A stretch of DNA of 64,000 bases, taken from Octopus vulgaris (Eukaryota). Location: NCBI GenBank assembly GCA_951406725.2, contig OX597822.1:87420001-87484000 (forward strand). The letters run 5' to 3'. The notes under the pieces are model-generated. The model saw nothing but the letters and a program-made list of their open reading frames with translations. It was not told the DNA's origin and made no database searches. The stretch's first letter is position 1; each line of letters opens with the position of its first letter. Of this stretch, positions 25,016 to 37,400 are shown piece after piece. A program made the translations under genes and the position numbers.

Positions 25016-25050
25016 GTTTAACATTTCGAGCAGAGCTCTTCGTCGGAAAC
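25016..25050 (-). ncRNA. Minimal hammerhead ribozyme-like motif (degenerate) in a Penelope-type pLTR
   Basis: Minus strand GTTT-CCGACGA-A-GAGC-TCT-GCTC-GAAA-TG-TT-AAAC: stems I and II are perfect; core has U4C. Confidence 0.5.
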
Positions 25051-25239
25051 ATAGGAGAAGGAAAGATCCAGAGAAAGGAAGACAGAGGAAAAGAATCGCC
25101 AACAGTACACAAGCTAATAAAGCCCAAGTGATACAAGCTGAAAAGACTTTGAGGTCGATCCATCAGCCTGATGAAACAAACGTTTTGAAGTATAATTAGC
25201 CAATCACAGATCGTCTCTCAGTAGATATAAAACATACAT

Positions 25240-25490
25240 AAAAATAAAATAAATGTGCCCTTTTAAAGCCTAGCTAGGCTCATGGGCCCAGTTTCAATGG
25301 CGTATGTGTTCCCCAGGTGGATGGGATGCCAGTCCATCGCAGCGTTACTTATTTTTGCCAGCTGAGTGGACTGGAGCAATGTGAAATGAAGTGTTTTGCT
25401 CAAGAACACAACATGTCGCCGGTCCAGGAATCGAAACCACAATCTTATGATCATGATGCTGACACCCTAACCACTAAGCCACGTGCCTCC
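25240..25490 (-). mobile_element. tRNA-derived SINE, family C
   Basis: Head GGAGGCACGTGGCTTAGTGGTTAGGG...GGTTTCGATTCC (A/B boxes); other copies at 46149-46290 and 62710-63030. Confidence 0.75.
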
Positions 25491-25559
25491 ACACATACAT
25501 ACACACACACACACATATTTTATTCCACAGGAGTAGAAATATAGGAAAAATAGAAGTTG

Positions 25560-27330
25560 AAAATGCACTGCGTATAGTTAAAATATTTTATTATTAAAGA
25601 TTTAACCGGTTTCACAGTTTACATTGATTTTGAAAAACTTGAAATAGAGAGATATAGCGTATGTCGCAGCTGTCTTGCTTCTGACTAGTATTTGAAGCTT
25701 GCTCTATTTTTATAGGGGGTTCATGGTTCAAATTAGTATATGTTTTAAATAGGATTTCATTGGTAGAAGATAGTCACTTAACTGGTCTTAGAAATTTTTT
25801 GTAGGTCCCCACTACGACCATGTGTTAATATCAAGTGATAATGTTTGGCGATGTAAATTATGGCTGACACGGTTGACTGAACATGTCCAAACAATCAATG
25901 CTCTGAGTGGTTTCTGTCAAGTGTTTCTAGAGAATGAACATATGGTTAAGTTTAGAACCTTTTGCATGTTTCCTACTATGTCTGTGTGTGTCACTTGACA
26001 GTATATTTTGCACCTAATTTTGTGAAATGCGTAGCCGTATTTCCTCTGCCGTTATGTTCTGAGTTAAAATTCCGCCGAGGTCGACTTTGCCTTTCATCCT
26101 TTCGGAGTCGATTAAGTAAGTACCAGTTACGCACTGGGGTCGATATAATCGACTTAATCCGTTTGTCCTCTCTGTGTTTAGCCCCTTGTGGGTAGTAAAG
26201 AAATAGTATATTTTGCACCTAAAAAGAAGGCTGACATAGTTGAGTGAACATGTTTAGTTACAATCAAGACACTCCAAATTTAATCTGTCTGGTGGGAGAA
26301 TGTGGCTAAAGTTTAGGTAGTTAGCTGTGTAGGCTCTTCATGTTAAGTGAGAGAATGAGTTTTGTGTACGAATAGTTATTTGTGTATGTACTCTGATAAA
26401 GTTTGTTAAGTCTTGGTTTGTACTTTTGTATGAAAGTATTTTCTTTGTTTATCCATGCTTCATTTGTGGCATCCGCTGAACATAGATGGAGTGGAATTTG
26501 GGGGACTTATTTTTTGCACACATGTCTAGGTGTCGACTCAGTGGAATCTGTTTGTACTGAGGTCTTGTATTTGTTGTTGGTGAATAGTCAGTCTATTTCT
26601 TAGAGTAAGCTTTGTTTGATTTATGTAATCTTCATTACATCTTTTACATTTGTTAGCACATATTGAATTCCTTGAAGAACATGTAAAGTGTTGTTTTATG
26701 GTAAAAAAATCTATTTGAATTTATATGTTGTCTTCAAAAAGGTTGATGCAAGTCCCACAATTGGAGCAGTCACACTTTTTGACTGTTGGTGTAGGAATTA
26801 TGGAAGGTAATTTAGTACCAGTGAGGAATTTTTTGAAGGACTTTGATTGTCTTTTACTTTTGGTTAATTTGTGTATTTCAAATGCTTGTTTCATTCTTGG
26901 ATCCTGTTTTAGTAGTGGGATGTTGTGGTGGATAATATTGTAAACCTTTGTGTTTCTTGGGTTGTGTGCTGTAATAAAGGGTAGATTATTGGAGGTATCT
27001 GGAGATACCTCCAATAATCATAGTTTTGGGATATTTATTGCTTTGGCACTTTCTATTCTGTTGTCTATTAGCATTAACGGATATTGACTTTTAAGTAGTA
27101 CTTGTTTTAGTTCCTGGAGTCGTTTATTGTGATTTTCAGGGTTTGAAACAATTGTGCAGATTCTTCTTGCTAGATGAAAGGGGATATTATTCTTTGTGTT
27201 TGGGATGGCATGAGGAGAACCGTAAGTATTGTTTAGAATCTGTTTGTTTGTAGTGAATATCCGTTTCAATGATTTTATCTCTTTTGATGATTAGTTTATC
27301 CAGGAATGGCAGTTGAGTTTTACTGCATTC
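25560..27330 (-). mobile_element. Penelope-like element: RT thumb, GIY-YIG endonuclease and pLTR, interrupted by a SINE at 26035-26208
   Basis: TKNNIPFHLARRICTIVS..RLQEL..YP; LPFITAHNP; KSKRQ; CxCxxCxTC; HFTCSS; ENTFIQKYKPRLN. Confidence 0.85.
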
Positions 27331-29876
27331 CATAGTAAAGGATTAGGTAGTCATCAAAGTAACATTTCCAGTTTTCTAGTTGATATTTGTGGAAGTTCAA
27401 GCTTTAATTTAGATTGTTCATACACACACATACACACACACACTCACTCACACACACACACACACACACGCACGCACGCACGCACACACACAGTATGCTG
27501 GGAAGGCTGGGTGCTGCAACAGGTTATATCATCTGTTTTGGTATGGCTTCTGGAGCTGGATGTCCTTCTTGATACCAACTACTTTACCAAGCGTACTGGG
27601 TGCTTTTCATGCCGCATCAGTGTTTCTTATGTGGTAGTAACACCAATAGGTCACCAAGCACTTGCAAGACAAAAGCACCTCAGCTGGGAAAAAGGAGTAC
27701 TATTGAGTGGAAGTGGCTGTGTGCCAATTGAGAGATTACACTTTTGGAGGGATCTAGATAGGTGTCTTTGCAGCAGAGTAAATACATGGATACCCCAATT
27801 GGAAAAGAAAGGAGAATGAGTTAGATAAAGATAGAAAGATGATGGTGAAGATATCTAGAAAATCAAGGAGTTTGAATCCCTTGTCATCTTCCCCCACAAC
27901 CATCATCATGACTTTCTCTGCCAAGAGCAAGGCTCTTGAACTTCTTAGGCCTTGGAAAAGTGGTGTAACAATATTCCACGGACTGAGCCTTCATTTCCAT
28001 TTTTATTGTTTTGTTCCTCTAAGTTCTTTCATTGCCATTTGCAACCCTTTCAGTGACTTATCTCCCTCTAAAGGAACAATGAAAGAACTTTGATGAATAA
28101 AAGAAATAAAAAGGAAATATTTGACTGTTTTAACCAAGTTAAACAAATGATTGATTAGTTAGTTGGATAAATATTTTACCACCACCATCATCATCATCAT
28201 CATTTAATGTCTGTTGTCCATGGTAACATGAATTGGGCGGTTTGACCAGAACTAGCAAGATGGGGAGCTGCATCAGGCTGCAGCCGGATTTGGTATGGTC
28301 TCTACAGTTGGATGTCTTTCCTAACACTAACCACTTCACAGAGTGGGCTGGGTGCTTTTTCGTGGCACCATACAGGCGCTTCTACCTGGCACTACGCAGG
28401 CATTTTTATGTGACATGAGTGCTTTACACCACCAGCAGAATCGGTTTTAACACCAATTGACTAATAATAAATGAGTGGAATTGAACCTGTGCATGTGCCA
28501 TTGATATTTGTGTAATGACTCGCCCAGGACACAACAAAAATTTATTTCAAGACACAAATTCACTTAAAGAATCTTGCAAACCAAATATAAAAATAAAATA
28601 GGATAATCTCCTTACCGCTGATTATCAATAAAAAAAAATTCACTCTCACTTTTGTTTCATTAGGCAGCAGCCTAATGATAATTCATGCTTCAGTTAACAA
28701 TCCCGTCCAACTCTGTAATATGTCTATGATCCTCAGAGTAGGGTATAACCAAACGTCTGGAACATTATATATTTCTTTTCATTTAACAACACAAGAGATC
28801 TCTTCAATAACAAATTGAATTGCAAACCACCTCTAGTCTTTGAATTCATCATCATTATTTAAAGCCTGTGTTCCATGCTGGCATAGGTTGGATGGTTTGA
28901 CAGAATCTAATGAGCCCAAAGACTGCATCATGCTCCAATGTCTGTTTTGGCATGGTTTTTATGACTGGATGCTCTTCTTTTAATACCAACCACTTTACAA
29001 CATGGACTAGGTTCTCTTTTTGTGCTACCTGCACTATCGAGGTCACCATGCAATTCACAGAACTACAAATTCTGGAGAGGGTCAGATGGTCAGTAGCATG
29101 CTTCTGAATGGGAAGATTGAACTATGGGAAGTGATGGGGTCAGTGCAGTTTCTTGTAGAGGATCTGAATGGTTACTCACATCTAGGAGGAGAAAGGGAAG
29201 AGAAAATGAACAGTAGAAGCTGCAAGAAATAGATAATGGTGAAGAGGAAAATCTAATGCAAAGGAGAAGGTGATGAATCACTGTAATGTGGATGGAAAGT
29301 ACAATGCATGGCACTTCAAAAAAACAAAGTTTTGCTGATGGAGGCCAGTCTTTCAAGAACCTCATAGTGCCAGGGACCTCATTTCCTCTGTGAAGCTCAA
29401 GATCCTGAGATCAACCTTAACCACTTCATCCCATGTCTTTCTGGGTCTCCCACTTCCACAAGTTTCAGCCATTTTGAATGACTATGGGCCTCATGGAAGC
29501 AATGACCATGACCTTTGAGAAGAAGTCCTATCACACCTGCTTGAGATAGGACCTTTGAGAAGAAGACCTATCACATCAAACAAAATTGCAGTTGTGGCAG
29601 ATACCGGTGTCACACAAATTGGCGCTCATGCCAGTGGCATGTAAATCCACCCCAGTGTCATGCAGATGTCACCCGTTGCACCTGTTACATAAAAGCACTC
29701 ATTACATTCTCAGAGTGGTTGGCGTTAGGAAGGGCATCCAGCTGTAGAAAACCATGCCAAATCAGACTGGAGTCTGGTGCAGCCTTCCAACATGCCAACC
29801 CAGTCAAATCATCCAACCCATGCCAGCATGGGCAACGGATATTAAATGATGATGAGTACTTTTTTTATACAGCTGT

Positions 29877-31391
29877 CCACACCAGAACTAGAGCAGAAGT
29901 TTCAGGTGTGGAAGCAAGGTCTAGAATCGAAGGGCCTTAGAGTCAATCTAGCAAAAACCAAGGTCTTAATAAGTAGGAAGGCAGACAAATCACAAATCCT
30001 TTCAGGTAGATGGCCCTGCTTGATCTGTAGAAACTCCATAAGATGTACCTGGTGTAAGCTATGGGCACATAAGAGGTGCAGCAATATCAGAGGAAGGCTA
30101 ACTGGGAAGATAGTTTTTGTGGGTGGCAAATGCACAGGGGCAATAAACACTGAAAATGTGCAGAAAACAGCTTCTGTCATATGCCAGAAGGAAAAACTGG
30201 AAGTAGTTGATAGCTTCCATTACCTAGGTGACCAAGTCAGTAGCGGGGGTGGATGCTCTGACAGCGTAGCTGCTAGAATAAGAATAGCCTGAGCAAAGTT
30301 CAGAGAGCTCCTACCTCTGCTGGCAACAAAGGGCCTCTCGTTCAGAGTGAAAGGCAGACTGTATGACGCATGTGTGCGAACAGTCATGCTACTTGGCAGT
30401 TAACCATGGGATGTGACTGCTGAAGACATGCATAGGTTTGAAAGAAATGAAGCCCGTATGCTTTGCTGGATGTGTAATGTCAGTGTGCATACACAACCGA
30501 GTGTAAGCACCATGAGAGAAAAATTGGACATAAGAAGCATCAGATATGGTATGCAAGAGATATGACTATGCTGGTATGGTCATGTGTTACGTATGGATGA
30601 GGGCAGCTATGTGAAGTGCCACACCCTAACAGTGGAGGGAACCTGTGGAAGAGGTAGACCCAGGAAGACCTGGGATGAGGTGGTGAAGCACGACCTTCGA
30701 ACATTGGGCCTCACAGAGGCAATGACAGGAGACCGAGACCTTTGGAGATATGCTGCACTTGAGAAGACTCAGCAAGCCAACTGAGATCGTGGCTGTGGCC
30801 CATGCCAGTGTTGCATAACCGGCTCATTTAAGAGTATCCTTCAATCATCGGGCAATATGCTGTGCTTGAGAAGACATGTTGAATCAAGTGAAATTGTTGT
30901 TGTGGTTGATGCCAGTACTGCCTGACTGGCACCCATGCTGGTGGCATTTAAAAAGTACCATTTGAGCATGGTCAACGCCAGTGATGCCGGACTGGCTCCT
31001 GTGCTAGTGGCACATAAAAAGCAACATTCAAGTGTTATCAGTGCCAGTGCCACCTGACTAGTTCCTGTGTCGGTGGCACATAAAAAGCACCATTTGAGTA
31101 TGGTCGATGCCAGTGCTGCCTGACTGGCTCCCCTATCGGTGGCACATAAAAAGCACCACTCGAGCGTGGTCAATGCCAGTGCTGCCTGACAGGCCCCTGT
31201 GCCAGTGGTACACAAAAAAACACCCACTACACTCTCAGAGTGGTTGGCATTAGGGAGGGAATCTTGCTGTAGAAACCATGCCAGATCAGATTGGAGCCTA
31301 GTGCAGCCTTCTGGCTTACTAGTCCTCAGTCAAACCATCCAACCCATGCCAGCATGGAAAGCAGATGTTAAATGATGATGGTGATGATGAT
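29877..31391 (+). mobile_element. 5'-truncated RTE-clade LINE with complete 3' UTR (tandem subrepeats, (GAT)n tail)
   Basis: [35 protein letters not shown]; in-frame stops. Confidence 0.9.
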
Positions 31392-31751
31392 CTTTATCCA
31401 TATGCATCATGTGTCCATACCAGTGGAAGCTGGCACAAAGCCAACAGTTTTGAGGGGAGGGATCAAGTTGATTATATGAACCCCTTATTTAGCAATTCTG
31501 TTCTCCAGTGTTTGCAATGATGTTCCATCCAAAACAGACTGAAGGGCACTGAGCCCACAAAACAATTACAGTGACAGCATTGGAATCATTGGTCAGCTGT
31601 AATGCTCACTGATAATAGTATTTCAAGCATAAAGTACTGTCACCAAACATTCTCTCATGCATAAAAAGAAAAAAAAAACCCAAACTGCTTCACTTGATGT
31701 CAAAATTCACTTAGATATAAAAGAAATAAACTCCAGATTGTTTTATCTCAT

Positions 31752-31757
31752 TTTATT
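31752..31757 (-). terminator. Candidate ACP7 polyadenylation signal AATAAA
   Basis: About 210 nt past the stop codon, followed by U-rich sequence on the minus strand. Confidence 0.45.
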
Positions 31758-31964
31758 AAAAGAATAAACATATAAATATCTTCAGTAGAAATCGTTATAT
31801 ACATATATAACAAGAAAACTTATTTTTTAAAACACCCACTTGAAATAATTGTGAAAAAAGGTAAATTTAAGAAAAAAAGGATTGAAATCTAAAAAATAAT
31901 GTTGATAGACTATAAAAGAAAACTAAACAACTTGGTTCTGTTTCACAAGAAAATTAAATAATAT

Positions 31965-32045
31965 TTATCTTCTAATTTTTTTACACTTGAAGTTTGGACG
32001 ATCTTGGTTTTTTGTAAGCCAAATATCATCGATGACGACACCACC
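31965..32045 (-). CDS. ACP7: ACP7 exon 11, terminal ([26 protein letters not shown])
   Basis: CAG acceptor; IDDIW motif of the PAP C-terminus; TAA stop at 31967-31965. Confidence 0.92.
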   Translation of the reverse strand, partial: GGVVIDDIWLTKNQDRPNFKCKKIRR

Positions 32046-34387
32046 CTGAAAATATAGAAATTTGAAAATAAAAGTTGTTTTACCATTTGATTATATACAA
32101 TTTATAGTAAATAACTATGGACGAGTAAAGATCAGCTGAAAGAAGGTGGGGTGTCTATGCCATAAATTCCAATTTAAGGATTAAGTTTTATATAAGAAAT
32201 AAATATATGTAACAAGTACTATAGAGACAACTTTGCAATCTGGTTCTGATTGACATTTAAGTCGCTGAATTTTACAAGAAAAGGCATGAATGACATAACT
32301 TCCAATTTCCTCTCCACAAGTGGAAAGATTGGGAAAATGATTAATGCAGTGAGTGGAGGGATACTGGTGGCCACTGAGATGCAAGAAGAACTAAAACTGT
32401 AGGAAAAGATCCTTTAACGCTTTAGCATTCAGTTTATTCTATCAAATGTAATGCTTGTTCATTTATATTGCTTTTGAAGTAATCATGTCTCATAGCTTTG
32501 GGATTTCGATGAAGAATAATATTGTAAGAGGCTTAATCCGGCTGCTTTCAACATATAACAGGTAAAATATTTAAGTCAAGATGCAGCTGGTTTGAATGTT
32601 ATGTGGTTAAATACTGTATCCACCATCTTTGGAATGTTGGAAGTGAGAGTGATTGGTTCACGGTTGGCAGGCACAAAGAGGTTGTTCATTTTGGTAATGG
32701 GAGACACTGTAGCATATTTTCAAAGAATGGAGTAGATCCCTAAATATGCAGGTGTTTGGACATACCCAAGCTAGCTCTGGAGTAAATCACTTGAAGAGCA
32801 GTATCCCAATATTTAGCTAACTATAACTCTTACACATACAGGTTATAAAATATTTATAAACTTATTGTAGCCTGATACAATTGCTACACAGTACTTCATT
32901 TATATACATATATCTGATCAACATATTTCAACATGTCTGAGGCTTGTAAATTAAATATTTATAAATTTTTGTGCAACTTGTCCAAATTTATCCAATTCTG
33001 GTGAAAGAATTTTGTAAATATCTCAGTCTGCAGGAGTCACAATTAGCCAAGTATTGAGTTGTTGCTTAATTAATTTAAGAACAACTAAATAATATCATTG
33101 ATAAACATTTTTTTGCTGTCAACACCAAGTCCTCTTTGCAGTCATCTACTCACCTGCTAGACATAGTAGCCAAATTTACCTTCAGATTGTATTGTACCAT
33201 CTTAAAAGGGAAAATCATTACATTAAATAATGTAGTCTAAGCTTGAAAAAAACAAACAACAACCCAGTCTGAACTGGAAGGCCTTTAATCATAGGGTGGC
33301 TCAATTAAGGATGAGCAGGGACCAGCCAACAACAGACCTGTTCTTTTTAAATATATGGGTTATAGATTAATTCATTATTTAATATCGAAGTAGATCAGCA
33401 TTCATAAAAGTCATTGAAACAAACGAGACAAAAGCCAATTAGAGAGATTCTACAAAGTCATTCGCTCTGTTTAATAAAACAAGCAAAGCCTCCTCCAACA
33501 AACATTTAACGATGGTAATCATATGTATTAATCCCTCAGTCTTATTGCTAATGATTTGAATGTCTTTGTTCTGCCATCTAACTCCCAATAAATAACTATA
33601 TTAGCTAAAACGTAACATAGCCAGAAAAAAAATGTTCAACTTTCTTTTTCTATCATAGACATACTTACAATGTCCTCTCAGAAGTTAATTCAACATTCTG
33701 GGCTGGGCAAAGGTTAGAGATCCTACCTTTGTTGGTACTAGAGGGCCTCTCCCTCAGAATAAAAAGCAGATTGTATGATGCCTGTTTGCGAGAACAGCCA
33801 TGCTGCATAGCAGTGAAACATAGGCTGTGAGTACTGAGGATATGTGTAAGCTTAGAAGAAATGAAGCCAGTATGCTTTGCTGGATGTGCAATGTCAGTGT
33901 GCATGTATGACAGAGTGTGAGCAACTTGAGAGAAAAGTTGGGCATAAGATTTGATGTGCAAGAGAGACGACTGCACTGGTATACTTATGTGATGCGTACG
34001 GCAAAGGATAGCTGTGTAAAGAAGTGCGAATCTCTAACAATGGAGGGAATCTGTGGAAGTAGTAGATCCAAGAAGTCATGGGAGGAGGTGATGAAGCATG
34101 ATCTTTGAACATTGGGCCTCACAGAGCAATGACAAGTGACCGAGACTTTTGGTGATATGCAGTGCTAAAGAATACCTGTCAAGCCAAGTGAAATCATAAC
34201 CGTAGCCAAAGCCAGTGTCGCGTAACTGGTATGTAAAAAGCACCTGTTACACTCTTGGAGGGGTTGGTGTTAGGAAGGGCATCCAGCCATAGAAACCCTG
34301 CCAAATCAGGCTGGAACCTGGTGTAGCCCGATAGCTTACCAGTGTCAGTCAAACAGTCTAACTCATGCCAGCATGGAAAGCAGATGT

Positions 34388-34421
<34 letters not shown>

Positions 34422-37400
34422 CGATTCAAACTGGAGATATTGTTATACTGACCTTATCATCTGAAACCTGCTCTAGATGAATGTGTGTGTTATTGTGGAT
34501 AGTTGTTAAAGTGTAACCATAATCATCACTTTGAAATGCACTGTAGTCCACTGGCATCTTCATAAATGGATCCTGGCCTTCAACGTTGCCCTGATGAGAG
34601 ATCAAAATCATCTTTGTTGTCAAAACATAAAAGACAAACATATCAAGCAACAATTCATCAGTTGTAGAGTAATAGTGTTGGATAGATCATTATTTCGTTT
34701 ATGAGAAAACACATATTTTACAATCCCTCACTCACATCTGTTGGAGAGACAATCTCATATTTTATCCCTTATTCATCACCCATTCTTACTTGGAGATAAG
34801 GGATGCTGTTAGAGATACATGGAGAGGTTTGAATATTGGTACTCTTTTTTTTCATATTCATTCCAGCCTCTATTCAAGGAAGAGAGAGTGTGTCTGATTG
34901 CCGTGTTACAAATGTGTCACCATCCTCCTCAATTTGTCAAATACATACATATATCATAATGGAACCTGCAACAGTCTTAAGTATGCAAAAACAACCATGT
35001 ACACACATGCGCGTGCACACACACACATACACACACACACAAATGAAATTAAATATACTCACAGCAGAACCAGTCACTATGTGAACTGTTGCCCTAGGGT
35101 TTTTGTAAGGATTCTTTGTGGAACCATTCTTTACCTATGAAAAAAAAAATAGCATCATCATTTTAACATGCCCTATAAAAAAGCCCTTTGGTGATAATGG
35201 CACACATGCATATAAGTATGCACACACACCCACACTACATTGTGATAGAATTGAATCTACAACCCATACATTTCCACAAGATTTCCACTATATCACTAAA
35301 ATTAACTTGCTTCTCAAAGATGTGAAAATTATTACAAGAATAACTCAAACTGCAAGAACTATCCCAATTTTCATGTTTCATCAGCACCCTTATTTCAGTT
35401 TGTAAGTTCTCTAATAAATACATACCCTTTAGTTCGGACTGAATCTATTAACCTCTGTTTCAGATACAAGTTTCCATGTCTCTCATTACTACACTGGAAT
35501 CTCAAGGAATGAATTAAGAAATGAAAGTGGGTGAAAGATAAGATCAATGCAAACTTAAAGTAGTTGGCTAACGATACTAACTATTTAAGCACTGACTTTG
35601 CAATTATATTTTTATGCAAAGCATATCCCTGTGTATTTTTCTTTACTCCATAATTTATATATCACACTAATAAATGTTGAAAATCATATATCTATAAGCC
35701 TCAAGTTATCATGTTCTGATAGTATAGATAAGATTATATTTTGCTGAAGAGGCCTAATACCACTGAAACATGTTTGAAAGTGTCACCAAACTACCATGAC
35801 TAGACTTAACCCATTTGTTGCGAGAATAACATTTTATTTCTGATTTTGTTGAAACTTTGTTTAAGGGTTAGAGAGAACCACTTTCAAATAAATATTTGAC
35901 TGACTGTTTCTGTTAAGCTGCACCAAAACTGACCACTGTTGAATGCCTTATGATAGTCAATCCATACTGTGCTAAGATTTTGTCTTTTTGATGAACAGTT
36001 CTCGAGTACCATGCAGTTTATTAATTGCTGGTCTTTGTAGCTGGATGAGTTTCTTTTGCTCCCTTTTTGTTCAAGAGGAAGGACATTGTTTTGATTGAGG
36101 ATGGATGTAAGTATTTTGTACATGGTAGTCAAACAAATGATTTGCTAGTATTTTTTTGGTTTCTTGTGTCACTTTAAGGAGTAGGTATGTTATCCCTAAT
36201 ATGAGCCAGTTTTAGGTCTTTTGGGGGTTTCTGATGATATTTGAGAAACATTCCATTAACTGGTGGTGTGATGATGAGGGGTTATTCAGCCAAAAGTTGG
36301 GATTTTATCATGTCTAGGAGACTTCCACTCATGAGCTTTAGACAGAGCTTGAGTTAGCTCCTGCACTGTCATATTCTATCTTTGTGTTATAAACCCAAAC
36401 TCGAATATCAAAGTTTAAAAGGCTTTAATCCACTAAAAATACAGCAATATACAATACAAACAAAGATTGCTAAATTGTAAGCAAAACCAAACTTCAACGC
36501 AATAACATTTTTTATGCAATGAGCTTCTACATTCTCGACTAACTAAAATCAACACTGAACATGTCATCTGCAAACAGAACAGAACTCCGCGCAGTAGCAC
36601 TGCAGGCATATAACAGCAATTGAGACAATCAAAATCACGTAATCAAAACTAAAATCACAACACCTTGTTCTTCTGACTCTACCATTCTTTCTTCTTCTCT
36701 CCTAACCCATTCAGCTTCCTTGTTGAATTCTTTTCTATCACTCCATATGCTTTCCCAAAATGTCACTACTTCTTTCATATCAGGTGGGTCTTATTTTGAT
36801 CAAATGTTTCCTTAACACTCTGTAGAATTTCTTAACATCAGTTTTAAATATCTTGTTTCATCTATAAAATTTATTTCTCTTTCCATATCAGTGGGCCTTA
36901 CTTTGCACTTTTTGCTTCACTATTCCTTTTGCTCTCCAGATTTCATTTATGTCTATCAGACTGTACTTTCACTTTATCTTTCCAGCCATTCTCATCTTTA
37001 GAGTATTTCCTTTGGACAGTTTGTCTAAGATTGATAATTCCCATTGGGAGCTCACAATTTCAACACCACCGCCACCACTTCCATTATCTTTTCTCTTAGA
37101 CTAGAGATACTGCCATGCCACTTCACACTAACCCCACTCCTTAAGAGAAAACATAACAAAAGTAGTAACACTGGAAGTAAATTCTCTGATGACTTTATAA
37201 TGGATTTGGATTTTTCTCTGTTATTGAAAGGAAAGATCATTATTTAAAAATGTTCATATGTAAGTTGTCTCAAACAATTGTTTAATAATAGAAACCAAAC
37301 TATTACTCACCACAAAATCATAAATTGGGAAAATTCTTTCATATGAATGTTCATGGGCTGAGAAATAAATATCTACGCCATAATTACAGAGAAGGTTTTC

